Below are positions 40,452 through 55,188 of a DNA stretch of 64,000 nt, in pieces. The notes under the pieces are model-generated. The model was not told the DNA's origin. It was given only the letters and a program-made list of their open reading frames with translations, and did no database searches. The position numbers and the translations under genes are program-made. Each line of letters opens with the position of its first letter. Within the stretch, counting starts at the first letter, position 1. The DNA is from Octopus vulgaris (lineage: Eukaryota): positions 184,512,001 to 184,576,000 of the forward strand of contig OX597814.1 in NCBI GenBank assembly GCA_951406725.2, read 5' to 3'.

Positions 40452-41503
40452 ACACATACAAACAGACATATATACAGAAATATAGGTATACATACATATA
40501 TATATATGTATCTACATATATATATATATATAGATAATATATATGTGTGTGTATGTGTGTGTGCGCGCAAACCAACGCTTACACTGTGGAAGCACTCTAC
40601 ACTAGGAGACCCAACTCCCATGTCTTCTGTTTATAACCAGATCCACAATTTCATACATGGCTGAAGGAATAGAAAATCGGCCATTTCCGTACTGCAGAGT
40701 TAAAGCTGGGATGTTTTTATCATAAAGAACAGAAAGCATATCCGAGGGTAAGTACATACCCCAGATTAAAAATCAAAATTATCTGCTAGTATTGAAACCA
40801 AAAAATAACAAGGATGGTGGCAGCTGCTCCTTGTTTGGCAAAGTAGCTCCTGGAGGAAAATATCTGAAGATATGAGGAAAAAGTGTTTGCTATGGTGTCG
40901 AGCAGAGGAATCTATATAATTTCCTGGCACCATATGTGCTGGTTGGAATCGCTGGAGGGTGTGACATAGTACAAAGCCACCGGAAATTTGTTGATTTCAG
41001 TTCGACAGCTGAGGAATGGAATACACAGCAGCGTAAAGTGTATATAATATAAATATATAAATAGAGACGCAAACGCACAGACACCACGGAGACGACCATC
41101 TATGAGTTCATACGTATATCTCTCTCTATTTATATATTATACATGCTTACGTAAAATACACACATATCTATGCATATATATATATATATATATATAACAT
41201 ATATGTGTATGTGTGGGCGTATATATACGTGTGTGTATGTGTGTGTATATGCATACATACATACATACATATATATTTATAAAATACAGTGTACATTTAA
41301 ACACATAAGAGATGGCCATAACAGGACATCTGACCCGCTAGAAGGAGTAGTTAAACTCCAACCACTATTAGGGGTAATTTCGAAAGGGAATGAAAAATAT
41401 TTTTATATGAATAATATATAGTCTATTTGCCTATTTTTTTACTTATCCCTAAACCACTAGTAGCAAAGAAATTTTCTTAACTGTTTTGTTATCTTGGAAT
41501 TTA

Positions 41504-41564
<61 letters not shown>

Positions 41565-41585
41565 AGATAGGTAGATAGATAAACT

Positions 41586-43362
41586 TACTGTTAATAAACG
41601 TCTGCAGATAAAAAACGTTTACGTATAAGACGGTGCCCCAGCATGGCCACAGCTCGTGAGCTGAAACTAGATAAAATTTTTAAAAAATATTTTATAAGAC
41701 ACATAGGATCCCATAATTCTTCATCAGTTAGTAACCAGAATGGTAATTTCGCACCTTTAATGATAAGACTGAGTGACTTCCCATCTTGGTGGTGCCTGCA
41801 AAAAACGCAGTGAATCGGGCCTCAAGCAAACTAAACGATTCTTAGTGGACAAACGAAAGTAAAAAAAAAAAAATTGTAATTTAAAACGATGAACAACGAC
41901 GAAGCGATCAAAATACGGCCTTGCGGACAAAAGATGAGAATTTTAGGTAACGCTTGGAAAAATTCCTGAAGGATATAGAAAACAGTAAATAGTAAGACAG
42001 AGAAAGTTTTTTTGTGACGAACTGCTGGAGGAAGAAGAGAAATTGGCCCTCTTAAATTTCATTTTTTGACTTTCGTATATCCATTCTGTATAGTTTTGTT
42101 TGCTTGAGGCCCGATTCTCTGGGTGAAGCCGAAAGCAGGTGTTGATCTCGGTGGTAGTAGCCCTTCAGTTTAGTCATTAAAGGTGCGAAAATGAATATTA
42201 CCATTCTGGTTGATAACTGATGAATAATTAAGGGACCCTCTGTCTCTTATACGTATACGTTTTTTTTATCATCTCTCGTTGTTTATTTACAAAGCATTTT
42301 TTCCTTTATTATTAAAAGTATGCAAAAAAAACAAAACAAGGTTCGGTCACAAAAAGAAAAACCTCTTTCTAGTTATTTACTGTTGTCTATATCCTTCAGG
42401 ATTTTTTCTAAGCCTTACCCACTATCCTTGTCTTTTGACTGCAAGGCCGTATTTTGCTCGTTTTGTCTTTGTCCATCATCTGAAATAACATTTCTTTTAC
42501 TTTCGTATGTCCACTCTAAGTCGTTTAGTTTGTTTGAGTCTAAATTCTCTGCGTCTTTCACAGGCACCGCCAAGATGGGAAGTCCTTCATTCTTGTCATT
42601 AAAGGAGCGAAACTTAGTATTACCATTCTGTTTAATAAATGACATAGAATAAAGGGTCCCTCTGTGTCTATTATGTATAAGTTGTATTTATCTGTCGTTA
42701 GTTACAATGCATTTTTTCCATTTATTAGTAACGGTACGCAGCACACACCAGACGTTTCTTAACTGTAAGTTTACACATATTCTATGTGACTCTACTCTTT
42801 CTCCTTTGCCTTCTCACCCTGTTACTTCTATTTCTGGCCTGTCCACCTTCCCCTTTTTCTCTCTCTCGCCATCTCAATTGCATTTGAAGCCCTTCTCATT
42901 TTCTCCTTCCGTTCTTCCCTTATTTTCTCTCTATCTTCTCTCTGTCGCTCTCTCTCCCTTTCTCCTCTGCCTCCTGCTGACACTCAACCCGGTGCCACTT
43001 TTCTTCATGCACTCATTCTCACTGGCCGCCAACCGGTTCGGTTACAAAAACACTTTCTCTATCTTGCTATTTACTGTTGTCTATATCCTTCAGGAATTTT
43101 TCTTAGCATTACCCACCATTCTCATATTTTGGCTGCAAGGCCATATTTTGCTCATTTCGTCTTTGTGCATTGTCTTAAATTACATTTTTTTACATTCTAT
43201 TGCTTGAGGCCTGATTCTCTGCATCTTTCGCAGCCCTCGGTCTTATCATTAAAGGTGCAAAATTGAGTATAATCATTCTGGTTGATGAAGAATGAAGGGA
43301 CCCTCTGTGTCTCATACGTATACACTTTAGTTTGTCTTTATTTACAATGCATTTTTCATTTA
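41586..43362. repeat. Cluster of four diverged copies of a ~400 bp unit (one inverted)
   Basis: Minus copy 41586-42023; plus copies 42052-42320 (partial), 42340-42735 and 43035-43362. Shared motifs: tatttactgttgtctatatccttcagga, cattaaaggtgcgaaa, agggaccctctgt. Confidence 0.88.
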
Positions 43363-43370
43363 TACATACA

Positions 43371-43406
<36 letters not shown>

Positions 43407-43445
43407 TATATATTTATGTGTACATATATACATATATATATGTGA

Positions 43446-43577
<132 letters not shown>

Positions 43578-43784
43578 AATTATGTGATTCTGTGAGTGTG
43601 TGCGCGCAAGGGCTGGGCAAGAATGGCTGGTTGCTATGAAAATTGTCTTACCGAATGGGAGTGAAGATTCGCAACCATTATCAATCATATTCTGGAGTTC
43701 ATCTAAGTTATATTACGGTACGAAGAAACTTTCTAAAGAAAGTAAATGTTATTCTAATGAACAATGTCATGCACGGAATGCTCC

Positions 43785-43869
<85 letters not shown>

Positions 43870-44153
43870 ATGTGTTTGTGTGTTGGTGTATACACATATC
43901 TTTTATCTTTTATCTATTTCAGACATGAAACTGCGTCCATAATGGATCACCGATTTGAAGGATTTTTGTCAAACGAATCGACCCCAGTACTATTTTACTT
44001 CGAAACCTAGTACTTATTCTGTTGAACGCTTTTTGCTGAACAGATAACTTGCGGAACCGCTAACTAGGGAACCGCTAACTTGGGGAACCAGTTATCAAGC
44101 GGTGCTGGAGGACAAACCCAGACACAAGTCACACACACACACCCACCCCAACG

Positions 44154-44240
<87 letters not shown>

Positions 44241-44241
44241 A

Positions 44242-44446
44242 CGAGCAAAACGACCCTAGTCCAATGGACGGTGCTGAGTTGTCAAACATCTAAACCAAAT
44301 TTTCTCACTTGTCCGACTTATATGCGCCCTGATACCGTCGGTATCTACATTTTAAATTTGAGCGTTATCAGATGGAGGATGCCCGAGATCCTAAAAGCCA
44401 CACACACACACACACAGACCGACAGAATGGATTTTCTATATATATA
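44242..44446 (-). mobile_element. Probable non-autonomous Helitron
   Basis: Minus-strand 3' hairpin ccgtcc att ggac then ctcg|t (degenerate CTAG); TA-rich 5' end similar to 31908-32295. Confidence 0.5.
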
Positions 44447-44536
44447 TATTTAATGTAGGATAAAATTTTTTCGAAAAAATTTTTTTATCAATTGCCAGCA
44501 TATTAAAAAATACCTTTAAAGGTTAAATTTATAAAC

Positions 44537-44853
44537 AACTTATAAATAAGGGCAAACGAAAAAATTTCTAATTCTAAATATGCCGAAATTAGACACCCTG
44601 TCCATAACCATATAATTTTTTCACAATACGCACGCTACTCAAAATAGGTCGACAGAAATTTCTAAAAAATTCCATTATTACCATATTATTACCATATCGG
44701 TCCGATGTGGTAATAATGGAATTTTTAGAAAGTTCTGTTGACCTTTTTTGAGTAGCGTGCGTATTGTGAAAAAATTATATGGTTATGGACAGGGTTTTTA
44801 ATTTCGGCATATTTGGCATTAGGAATTTTTTCGTTTGCCCTTATTTATAAGTT
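44537..44853. repeat. Foldback palindrome, ~150 bp arms, 1 nt loop at 44701
   Basis: aacttataaataagggc...ccatatcgg-t-ccgatgtgg...gcccttatttataagtt; 11 bp duplication in the left arm. Confidence 0.93.
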
Positions 44854-45531
44854 ATATATATATATATATATATATATACGATGGACTTTTTTCAGTTTCC
44901 ATCTGCCAACAAAACTTTTTTTTTATATAATAAAATGTTTATTATTAAAAAAAAATTTATTATAAACATTTTCACTGTCTGAAGATTTTCTGATAGGAAA
45001 TTTTTATAATAAACATTTTATAAAATTTTTATCAGGAAAATTTTTATAAAATTTTTATTGGAAAAATTTTCTGTCTGAAGATTTTCAAGTAGGACGTTCC
45101 TTACATGCCTATATAACATGTAAAGCTTTGTAATTCCTATTAGTAAATGAAACCCGTGTAATGGAAAGTAAGTAATACCAAGAAATTTCAGTTTTCCTGT
45201 TTTGTTATTCAACAATTCTACAAATAATATTTCCATAATTCTCAATTTTAAAGTATATTTCGATTTAGATAAAACATTAATTAAGAATACAATTTGGATG
45301 TGATAATGAAATAAGGGGATATGCTTCAAGAGGAAACAGCTGCGAGTTACCCTCACTGCCTACATACATGCATACATACATACATACGCATGCACACACA
45401 CACACACATATACGCATGAAAATATAAATATTATTCAAATAATATTAATATCCAGCAAGAATAAAGCACCATATAGGTAGAATTATAAAGCAAGTGTTCT
45501 TGGATCTGATAATAAGTAAACAGGCAGAGAT

Positions 45532-45737
45532 GTACTCTTTTACTTGTTTCAGTAATATGACTGTCGCCACGCTGGAGCACCGCCCTTTGTCGCGCAAATC
45601 AACCCCAGGACTTATTCTTATCATACTTATAGTACTTATTCTATCGATCTCTTTTGCCGATCCGCTAATATTACGGGGACGTAAACACACCAGCATCGGT
45701 TGTCAAGCGATGTTGGGGGATAAACACAGACACAAAC

Positions 45738-45827
<90 letters not shown>

Positions 45828-46647
45828 TTCGTTTCTTTCCTTTCTCCCAGTATGCTTTTATATATAATTATGACGCGAAACTCTGTAACCCTTTGCTTGA
45901 CCTTTCCTTCCTTCCTGTCTGTCTCTCTCTATTTTTTCCCCTTTCTGGTTTCCTTTCCTCTCTATCTCTATCTCTCTCACTCCTCCTCATCTCCCTCACG
46001 GCTGAGTCGACCTTACTTCCTTTTCACTCGAGCCTGCTACAAGTCAAGACGACTTATTCCTGCGCTCTGAATTTTTTTTCCTCGTCTAGGTTAAAAAAGG
46101 CCCTCAATGTTTGTTTTTTGTTTTTTTTTAAATTCTTTATGTGTACTGTATTTTTTATATTTGTATTTTTATTTTGTATTCGTATTTTTATTTATATTTT
46201 TATTTGTATTGCTTTTACGTCCTGTTCTTGTCACATTTTTTTCTTTCCTTGTTTTTACCCCTCTGCAAGGGAATTTTATTTAATTCCCTCGCAGGAAGGA
46301 CCGGTCCGACGAGCGTTTCCTGTTCTTACCTTCGAAACACGCATGGAGTCGAACCGAGGACAGCTGATGAAGGGGAATGTTCCTTGTGTTGTTTGTCCTG
46401 TGTTCTGTTTTTCCGTTGTTAAAAAAGTCCGTTCCCTTGTTTTTATGTTTTCGTTTCTCGTTGAGTTCTACGTCTATTTGTGGTGTCCTGTACTCACATA
46501 TATATATTTATATATGCATGTATATATACATGTAGATGTAGGTACGTACATATATGTATGTATGTATGCATATATTTTATTTATTACATTATTGTATGAC
46601 TGAGCGCCCCCGCGTCGTTTCGTTTCGTTTCTTTCCTTTCTCCCAGT

Positions 46648-46692
<45 letters not shown>

Positions 46693-46860
46693 CATATATA
46701 TACGACGGGCTTCTTTCAGTTTCTGTCAACCAAATTCACTCACAAGGATTTGGTCGGCCCGATGCTATAGTAGAAGACACTTGCCCAAGGTGCCACGTAG
46801 TGGAACTGAACCCAGAACCATGTAGTTGGTAAGCAAGCTACCTATCACACAGCCACTCCT
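45532..46860 (-). mobile_element. SINE family A split by an ~830 bp insertion
   Basis: 3' half at 45532-45740, head at 46700-46860. Confidence 0.88.
45827..46660 (+). mobile_element. Non-autonomous PLE-like element with ~35 bp terminal direct repeat and HHR remnants
   Basis: tttcgtttctttcctttctcccagtatg at both ends; CCGACGA...GAAA-cac gcatg gag-TC at 46302-46356 and a second CTGATGA half-site at 46364. Confidence 0.6.
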
Positions 46861-47154
46861 CCATGTGGTAGATATTTTAAAATTTGGTCATTCATGATAG
46901 ACTCAACTGACGCTAACCAATCAGATTCGTGCTCACGCACGTGATGTGAAGAGTTTCAAGCAATAGTATTGAGTTATCCTTTGTCTCTAACGGTCTCCGT
47001 AGAGGTAAGACAGATTTTTTCTATATTCACCGCCCGCACACATCTCTGCCTGTTAATATTCAGTGAAGCCCTATATAGCGCCGTAAACTTACCGGCTGCT
47101 ATTTCTAGCAACAATCATACTTTGTGTACACCTGCTTTATTTATATATATATAT

Positions 47155-47792
47155 AAAATTAATTAAGGGTAGAAATTGATATTTATCAATTAAGACCAGT
47201 GGTCTAGCATATTAAAAAAGAATCCGAAGATTAAAATATTTATATATACCAATTAAGGACTGAACACGAAAAGTGGACAGTCAACATGCTAGATATAGAC
47301 GTCAAATCGCCATTCACCACAAAAGATTATGTTCTCATATCAAACTCAACACAAAACCATAGCAATAATTTTATATAAATAAATATGTTCTCTAACCGAT
47401 AAATTAACTGCTGCTAATTATTAGCTGCAGGCTAGTTTTCTCGGGTTTCAACGCGCCAAAGTAAAGGCATTTGAAAGATATATTCAAATGTAATAGGCTG
47501 AACTCCATGCACGCGATATTTCGGTATCGTGTTTGCATCTAGTCCAGCAAATTGCATTTATAACGGACCATGCTGATGATGGCTGCAGTTTTCCTTGCGG
47601 AAAATAACAGCAGAAACTAATTAGTACATGGGTAATTATTTTATTTCGTATATTTTTCACTTGTTTATTGCTATGGTTTTGTGTTGAGTTTGATATGAGA
47701 ACATAATCTTTTGTGGTGAATGGCGATTTGACGTCTATATCTAGCATGTTGACTGTCCACTTTTCGTGTTCAGTCCTTAATTGGTATATATA
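47155..47792. mobile_element. PLE-like non-autonomous element with perfect 128 bp inverted arms and internal HHR
   Basis: 47241-47368 equals the reverse complement of 47665-47792; a unique ~85 bp extension lies on the left; flanked by (TA)n. Confidence 0.8.
47568..47631 (+). ncRNA. Type I hammerhead ribozyme
   Basis: CCATG-CTGATGA-TGGCTG cag TTTTCC ttgc GGAAAA taa CAGCA-GAAA-CTAATTAG-TA-CATGG; predicted cleavage after A47626. Confidence 0.85.
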
Positions 47793-47810
47793 TATATATA
47801 TACCCACACA

Positions 47811-47988
<178 letters not shown>

Positions 47989-47994
47989 ATATAT

Positions 47995-48150
47995 ATACGA
48001 CGGGCATCTTTCAATTTCGTGTACCAAATCCACTACTCACGAGGATTTGGTCGGCCCAAGGCTATAGTAGAAGACACTTCCCGAAAATGCTATGCAGGGG
48101 ATTGAACCCGGAACTACGTGGTTTGGGAAGCAAGCTTCTTACCACACAGG
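47995..48150 (-). mobile_element. SINE family A head
   Basis: tacgacggg...ggctatagtagaagacactt...gcaagcttcttaccacacag. Confidence 0.8.
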
Positions 48151-48826
48151 TCTTACAGATTTTTATACTCCCTGATACCGTGATCATTTGTAGTGTATGA
48201 AATAAGAACTTGCTTTCTCTCCCCACAAATCCAAGTTCACCATATTTTGCTCCAGGTGGATTGGTACATATCTTGTTGCTTCAAGAATAACAGGTTATGA
48301 AGCTAAAAGTGCTTCTTGAGAATGTATGCAGATTGTACAGCGTACGTACGTTTCTCTGCATCTGTCTTGGTGTTAGATTGTTTATGTACTAGGTTTTCAA
48401 TAAATCCTGGGATCAATTTGCTCGTCATAACACTACCAGGATTAATCGTATATATCAGCACCAGCATTTATAGTTTCTATCATATTGTCGATTCAGTAAC
48501 TGAAACGAATGGAAGAATAAAAAGAATAAGAAATAAAATCAAAGACAAAACAAAGTTGGTCTGCATAATAAGCCAGAAAACCAAATTACATATTCAAAGC
48601 GAATAGATTTCTTGTCCAATTGTATTTAATTTTTACCTGCTTTCCATGTCACATTTCTTGTATATTCCGCCATTCTTGATATTCCGTAAGATGTCGGCTA
48701 TCCTTAATTCAAATAATATTAATCTTGTCATTCTTTGCTTCCACTTCTATCGCTAAACTCTTTTATCTTCGGCTCCTTCTATATGTATTATTTTGCTCTC
48801 TGTCTCTATCTGTCTGTCTGTCTCCG

Positions 48827-48873
<47 letters not shown>

Positions 48874-49185
48874 GTCTCTCTCTCTCTCTCTCTCGCTTAA
48901 TCTGTCTACGAATAGCACGGCCTATGTCTGACTGAATGATTGTCTCTCTGAATTCTTGCCCTTTCTCTCTTTCTCTCTCTCACAAACACTCTTCCCCTCT
49001 CTCTCCTCTCTCTCCTCTCTCTCCTCTCTCTCTATCTCTCTCTCTTGTTCTCGCTTGCTCGCCCCCTCTTAATAGTACAATATTGTTTTATCTCTACTAA
49101 TTCTCAATCGAGGCTAATCTAATTCTGCCTTACACATTCTCACGCCCTCATTCGAACATAGGCACACGTGCGCACACAAACACAT

Positions 49186-49282
<97 letters not shown>

Positions 49283-49439
49283 AACAAACACACAGACACA
49301 AAAACACACTCACGCAAAAATTCATACGCATAACAAACGTATGTGAATGTATTTTCGTAAGTATAATACCTACATGTATGTTTGTATGTATGTATATACA
49401 TAAATACACACACAAACACACACACACACATATATATAT

Positions 49440-51098
<1,659 letters not shown>

Positions 51099-51148
51099 GT
51101 ATGCATACATATATATATATATATACACACACATACATACATATATAT

Positions 51149-51299
<151 letters not shown>

Positions 51300-51464
51300 C
51301 ATATATATATATATATAAGTGTAAACAGAGTTAGCAGTTATAATAACCAACTAAGGGATAAAATATTCGTATATCCGTTATGTCTTGTTAGTATCAATCA
51401 ACAAGCTTTAAATGTGGTCCAATCGATATATATACATATATATACATACATACATACATACATC

Positions 51465-51600
51465 AGCGGCGTCGAGAGAGGAGTCTGGTATGCATGGGCG
51501 ATTGCTGTTCTTCCATAAACAACCTTGCCGGCATTTGTGCCTCGAAGAGTAACTTTCTCGTTGCAATCCCATGGTCATTCATGACGGAAGGCGGTCTTTG
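51465..51600 (+). mobile_element. 3' fragment of SINE family C
   Basis: tcttccataaacaaccttgcc...caatcccatggtcattcatgac matches 61190-61275. Confidence 0.8.
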
Positions 51601-52159
51601 CACACTTTTTTAAAATTCAATTTGTATTAAGTATTAAACATTAAACAGCAGTGTGGTCGAACAAATTTGATTGGTTGTGTGGTCGATGATGTCATTTCTT
51701 TTTTCGTCGATTAACAAGATCCGGTTCAACTTTCAAGTTAATTAGCAGGAACTTTAACTCATATCAGCATATTGAGATAAGATCGGAATTTCTTCGCTTC
51801 TAATTGGAGTGGGATACACACGTGTGATTATATGTGTACGAGAGTGTGTATTGAGGAATTTTCTTATAAACAAATCTTTCGTCTAATTCATGGAATGCTG
51901 AATATTAACTGATATGTAAATACTGCGATTTAGATAAAATGCTTATTTTAATCACACCCAAGCCGAGGAGACACAACTTCGTGGAAATCCCAATCCTTCG
52001 CTTGTTAAATGACTTGCAGGGTTTATAATCTCAAAATAGAGTTAGAGGAAGGTTAAGACTTATTTCTCATCAAAATTTATTCCAAATATTCCTTCCTAAA
52101 GTTCTACATAATATATGTGTACATAGACACACATCTATTTATACTACATACAATCCCAT

Positions 52160-52330
52160 AAGCCGCTTTGAAGAATTTTTAGTCAAATGAATCGAACCCA
52201 GTCGATTTTTAGCCCTGGTACTTATTCTATTGATCTTTATGGAGAACCGCTAGGTTACGGGAAGTAAAGAAAACAAGACTGGTTGTCAAGCGGTGGCTGG
52301 GGACAAACAGGCACAAAGACACACACACAC
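52160..52330 (-). mobile_element. SINE family A 3' half
   Basis: tacttattctattgatc...aaccgctaggttacggg...ggttgtcaagcggtgg. Confidence 0.7.
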
Positions 52331-52400
52331 ATACGTGTGTGTGTGTGTTTGTATGTATGTATATATATGTATATATAAGTATATATATAATATGTATATA

Positions 52401-52682
52401 CATGGTGTCCCAAAGTACATTTTAGTACCGGTTTCCGTCATATCAGACTTTTTCAACGATGAGTAAGATAAGAAAAACAATTAAATTGGAGAAAAATTAA
52501 GTGAAATATTTTGTAGATATTTTCATGCTCTTTGAATAGGTAAATATTTCCATAGTTTTCAGGCAGTCTGTCTCTCTCTACAAAACATTTCATTGACTTT
52601 TTTCTCCAATTGAATTGTTTTTGTTATTTTATTCTTAGTTGAAAAAGTCTAAAATGGCGGAAACCGGTACTAAAATGTACTT
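52401..52682. mobile_element. Tc1/mariner-type MITE with ~105 bp inverted arms
   Basis: TA+CATGGTGTCCCAAAG left end; 52413-52517 is the reverse complement of 52577-52682; right terminus truncated. Confidence 0.7.
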
Positions 52683-53711
52683 CAAGATAAAATTATTTTA
52701 GGATTTCCTACCTTGTCTTATTTTTCTTATACATATCAACTCGTGTGTTACTTTTCTACCTTCTACACACACACGCACACACACACACACACAAACAAAC
52801 ACGCGCGCACACACACACACATATATATATACGTAATCTCAATATGGAGCAAATAATTCAGGAGAAAATATTTGCGAAGATATTATTGAATCTGTTATTA
52901 GCTAGTAAACCAATTAAAAATGATAATAGCAGAATCAATAATATAGGTGAATGCAGGCCCCCCAAAAAGCATTAAATAGCTGAAGGATTCAAATTAATCG
53001 AAGGACATACAAAATATGTCTACCTGCTTATTTAAATCCACGAAAAAAACTGATGATAACTACAGAAATCAAACGTCTGCATGCGAACGAGCTAAGACAA
53101 TCTCTCAATATACATTTAAGTATTTGGACTCACATACACACACATACACATATATAATTTCGGTAAATATTTTATTCCTTTCGATCCTTCTCTGATCAAT
53201 TTCTTTACTTCATAGCCAAAGAGAGATCATTGGCTGAAACGTAGAACAATCCTTATATTATATGTGTTTCTCGTATCATTAAACTAAGGTTACGCACGCG
53301 CACATACATACACACAAATACACACACACAGAGGTTTAAATAAGGACATAATGGTTCCTTTCGGTGTTTGCGTTTTTCACTCTCCTCGAATAGCCTTCAT
53401 TGTAAGTATAGGCATTCGAATATTATAAGGCCTTGACAAGTGGGAACGTAAGCCTAATCTCCCGCCCTCCGCGAAAGAAGAAAAAGAAAAACTAAACTTG
53501 AGAGAAATGGAACATAATATAGCTACAAACACACATATTCACGCACACATATTTATATATTATATATATGCATATACCTTATATATATTCTTCTATTTAC
53601 TAATTTATCTTTATATATATAGATACATGCATACATATATCATATACATATATACATACTTACATATATATATTTATATAAATATATGTATACTTACATG
53701 CACACATATAC

Positions 53712-53794
<83 letters not shown>

Positions 53795-53829
53795 CATATA
53801 CATACTTATATATATATATTGCTATTAAC

Positions 53830-53874
53830 AGCAGCAGCAATAACAACATTAGAAATACTAATGTCGACAACTGC

Positions 53875-53933
<59 letters not shown>

Positions 53934-54018
53934 CAGCAGCAGCAGCAGCAGCAGCGGCGGCGGCAATAATAATGATGATGATAATAATAACAATAACAAC
54001 AACAACAACAACAACAAC

Positions 54019-54075
<57 letters not shown>
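53830..54075. repeat. Compound triplet microsatellite (GTA/GCA/GCG/AAT/GAT/AAC)
   Basis: Read directly from the sequence. Confidence 0.95.
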
Positions 54076-54078
<3 letters not shown>

Positions 54079-54512
54079 ACAAGAATCAATCATTTAAACT
54101 CGAAAAAATAATATGAAACGAAACGCAAACAAAATGGAAAACAGCACAGAAACTCAAGGAATATTTTTTTTTAAATTGAAATATTTTAAGAGTTTTCTTT
54201 AGACTATTGTCAGGAGCCAGACTATCAGAAGAATTTGAGAATTACGCCATGCCAAAATTACAAGTCAGTTGGAAAATTAGGTGCGTTTAACCAGATAAGA
54301 ACTCCAGGAATAGTAATAATATCAGTCCTTATTTTCCCATTTACATTCTACCTACCCAAAACCCCGCTTTCTTTTTTTTATGGCATACAGTTACACACGC
54401 ACACACCTTCACACATATGTACATATATACATGTCTAAATACATATTTAGCTAGATTTATGTGTGTGTCTCATATGTATATACATGTATACATACAAAGG
54501 AATTCATACACA

Positions 54513-54582
<70 letters not shown>

Positions 54583-54804
54583 TGTGGGACTGAACGTGGG
54601 ATGTAACTAAAGACGACATGGCATTTTATCCGGACTCTTTACAGATTTTGCAAATCGATCGCCCTTTTACACAGAGAAATCCCATTTGGCGACAAGAAAT
54701 ACAATACTTCTCCTCCACTCTCAGTAAATTAAGCTGGCAGATTTTGTAATTAATAACTTACCAGAACTGTGTACTTACATGTGACTGAGTATCTCTGTAA
54801 ATAT

Positions 54805-54984
54805 GTACGTAGGATTGCCTGTGTGTGTTAAGTAGCTCGCTTACGAACCGCATGGTTCCGTATTCAGTCCTACTGCGCAGCATCTTGGGCAAGTGTCTTC
54901 TACTATAAGCCTCGGGCGGACCAAAGGCTTGTGAGTGGATTTGGTAGACGGAAACTGAAAGAAGCATGTCGTATATATCTATAT

Positions 54985-55018
<34 letters not shown>

Positions 55019-55188
55019 TTGTCCCCCTAGCATTGCTTCACAACCGATGCTGGTTCGACAAAAAAGACCAATAGAATAAGTACTAGGCTTACAAAGAATA
55101 AGTGCTGGGGTCGATTTGCTCGACTAAAGGTGGTGCTCCAGCAGAGCCACAGTCAAATGACTGAAACAAGTAAAAGAGTTAAAGAGTA
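54805..55188 (+). mobile_element. SINE family A
   Basis: Head, body and taaaagag tail are present. Confidence 0.9.

Larger units (their letters stand above)
43899..44910 (-). mobile_element. Old SINE family A hosting two nested elements
   Basis: 3' half at 43899-44140 resumes at 44875 (tacgatggacttttttcagtttccatctgcc). Confidence 0.75.

Noticed and set aside
40641-40753. Possible exon ending in gagg|gtaagt
   Set aside because: All three frames contain stops after the nearest acceptor.
44930-45090. Short repeated AT-rich motifs (CRISPR-like spacing)
   Set aside because: Irregular low-complexity duplications in eukaryotic DNA; no constant repeat-spacer period and no cas genes.
45494-46603. 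Longest ORF in the track (369 aa)
   Set aside because: Reads through an antisense SINE, (TA)n and a T-rich repeat; low complexity with no domain.
53048-53260. CTGATGA..GAAA at 53050 and AGCCAA/TTGGCT-GAAACGTA at 53214-53243
   Set aside because: The first lacks stems; the second lacks an adjacent CTGANGA core.
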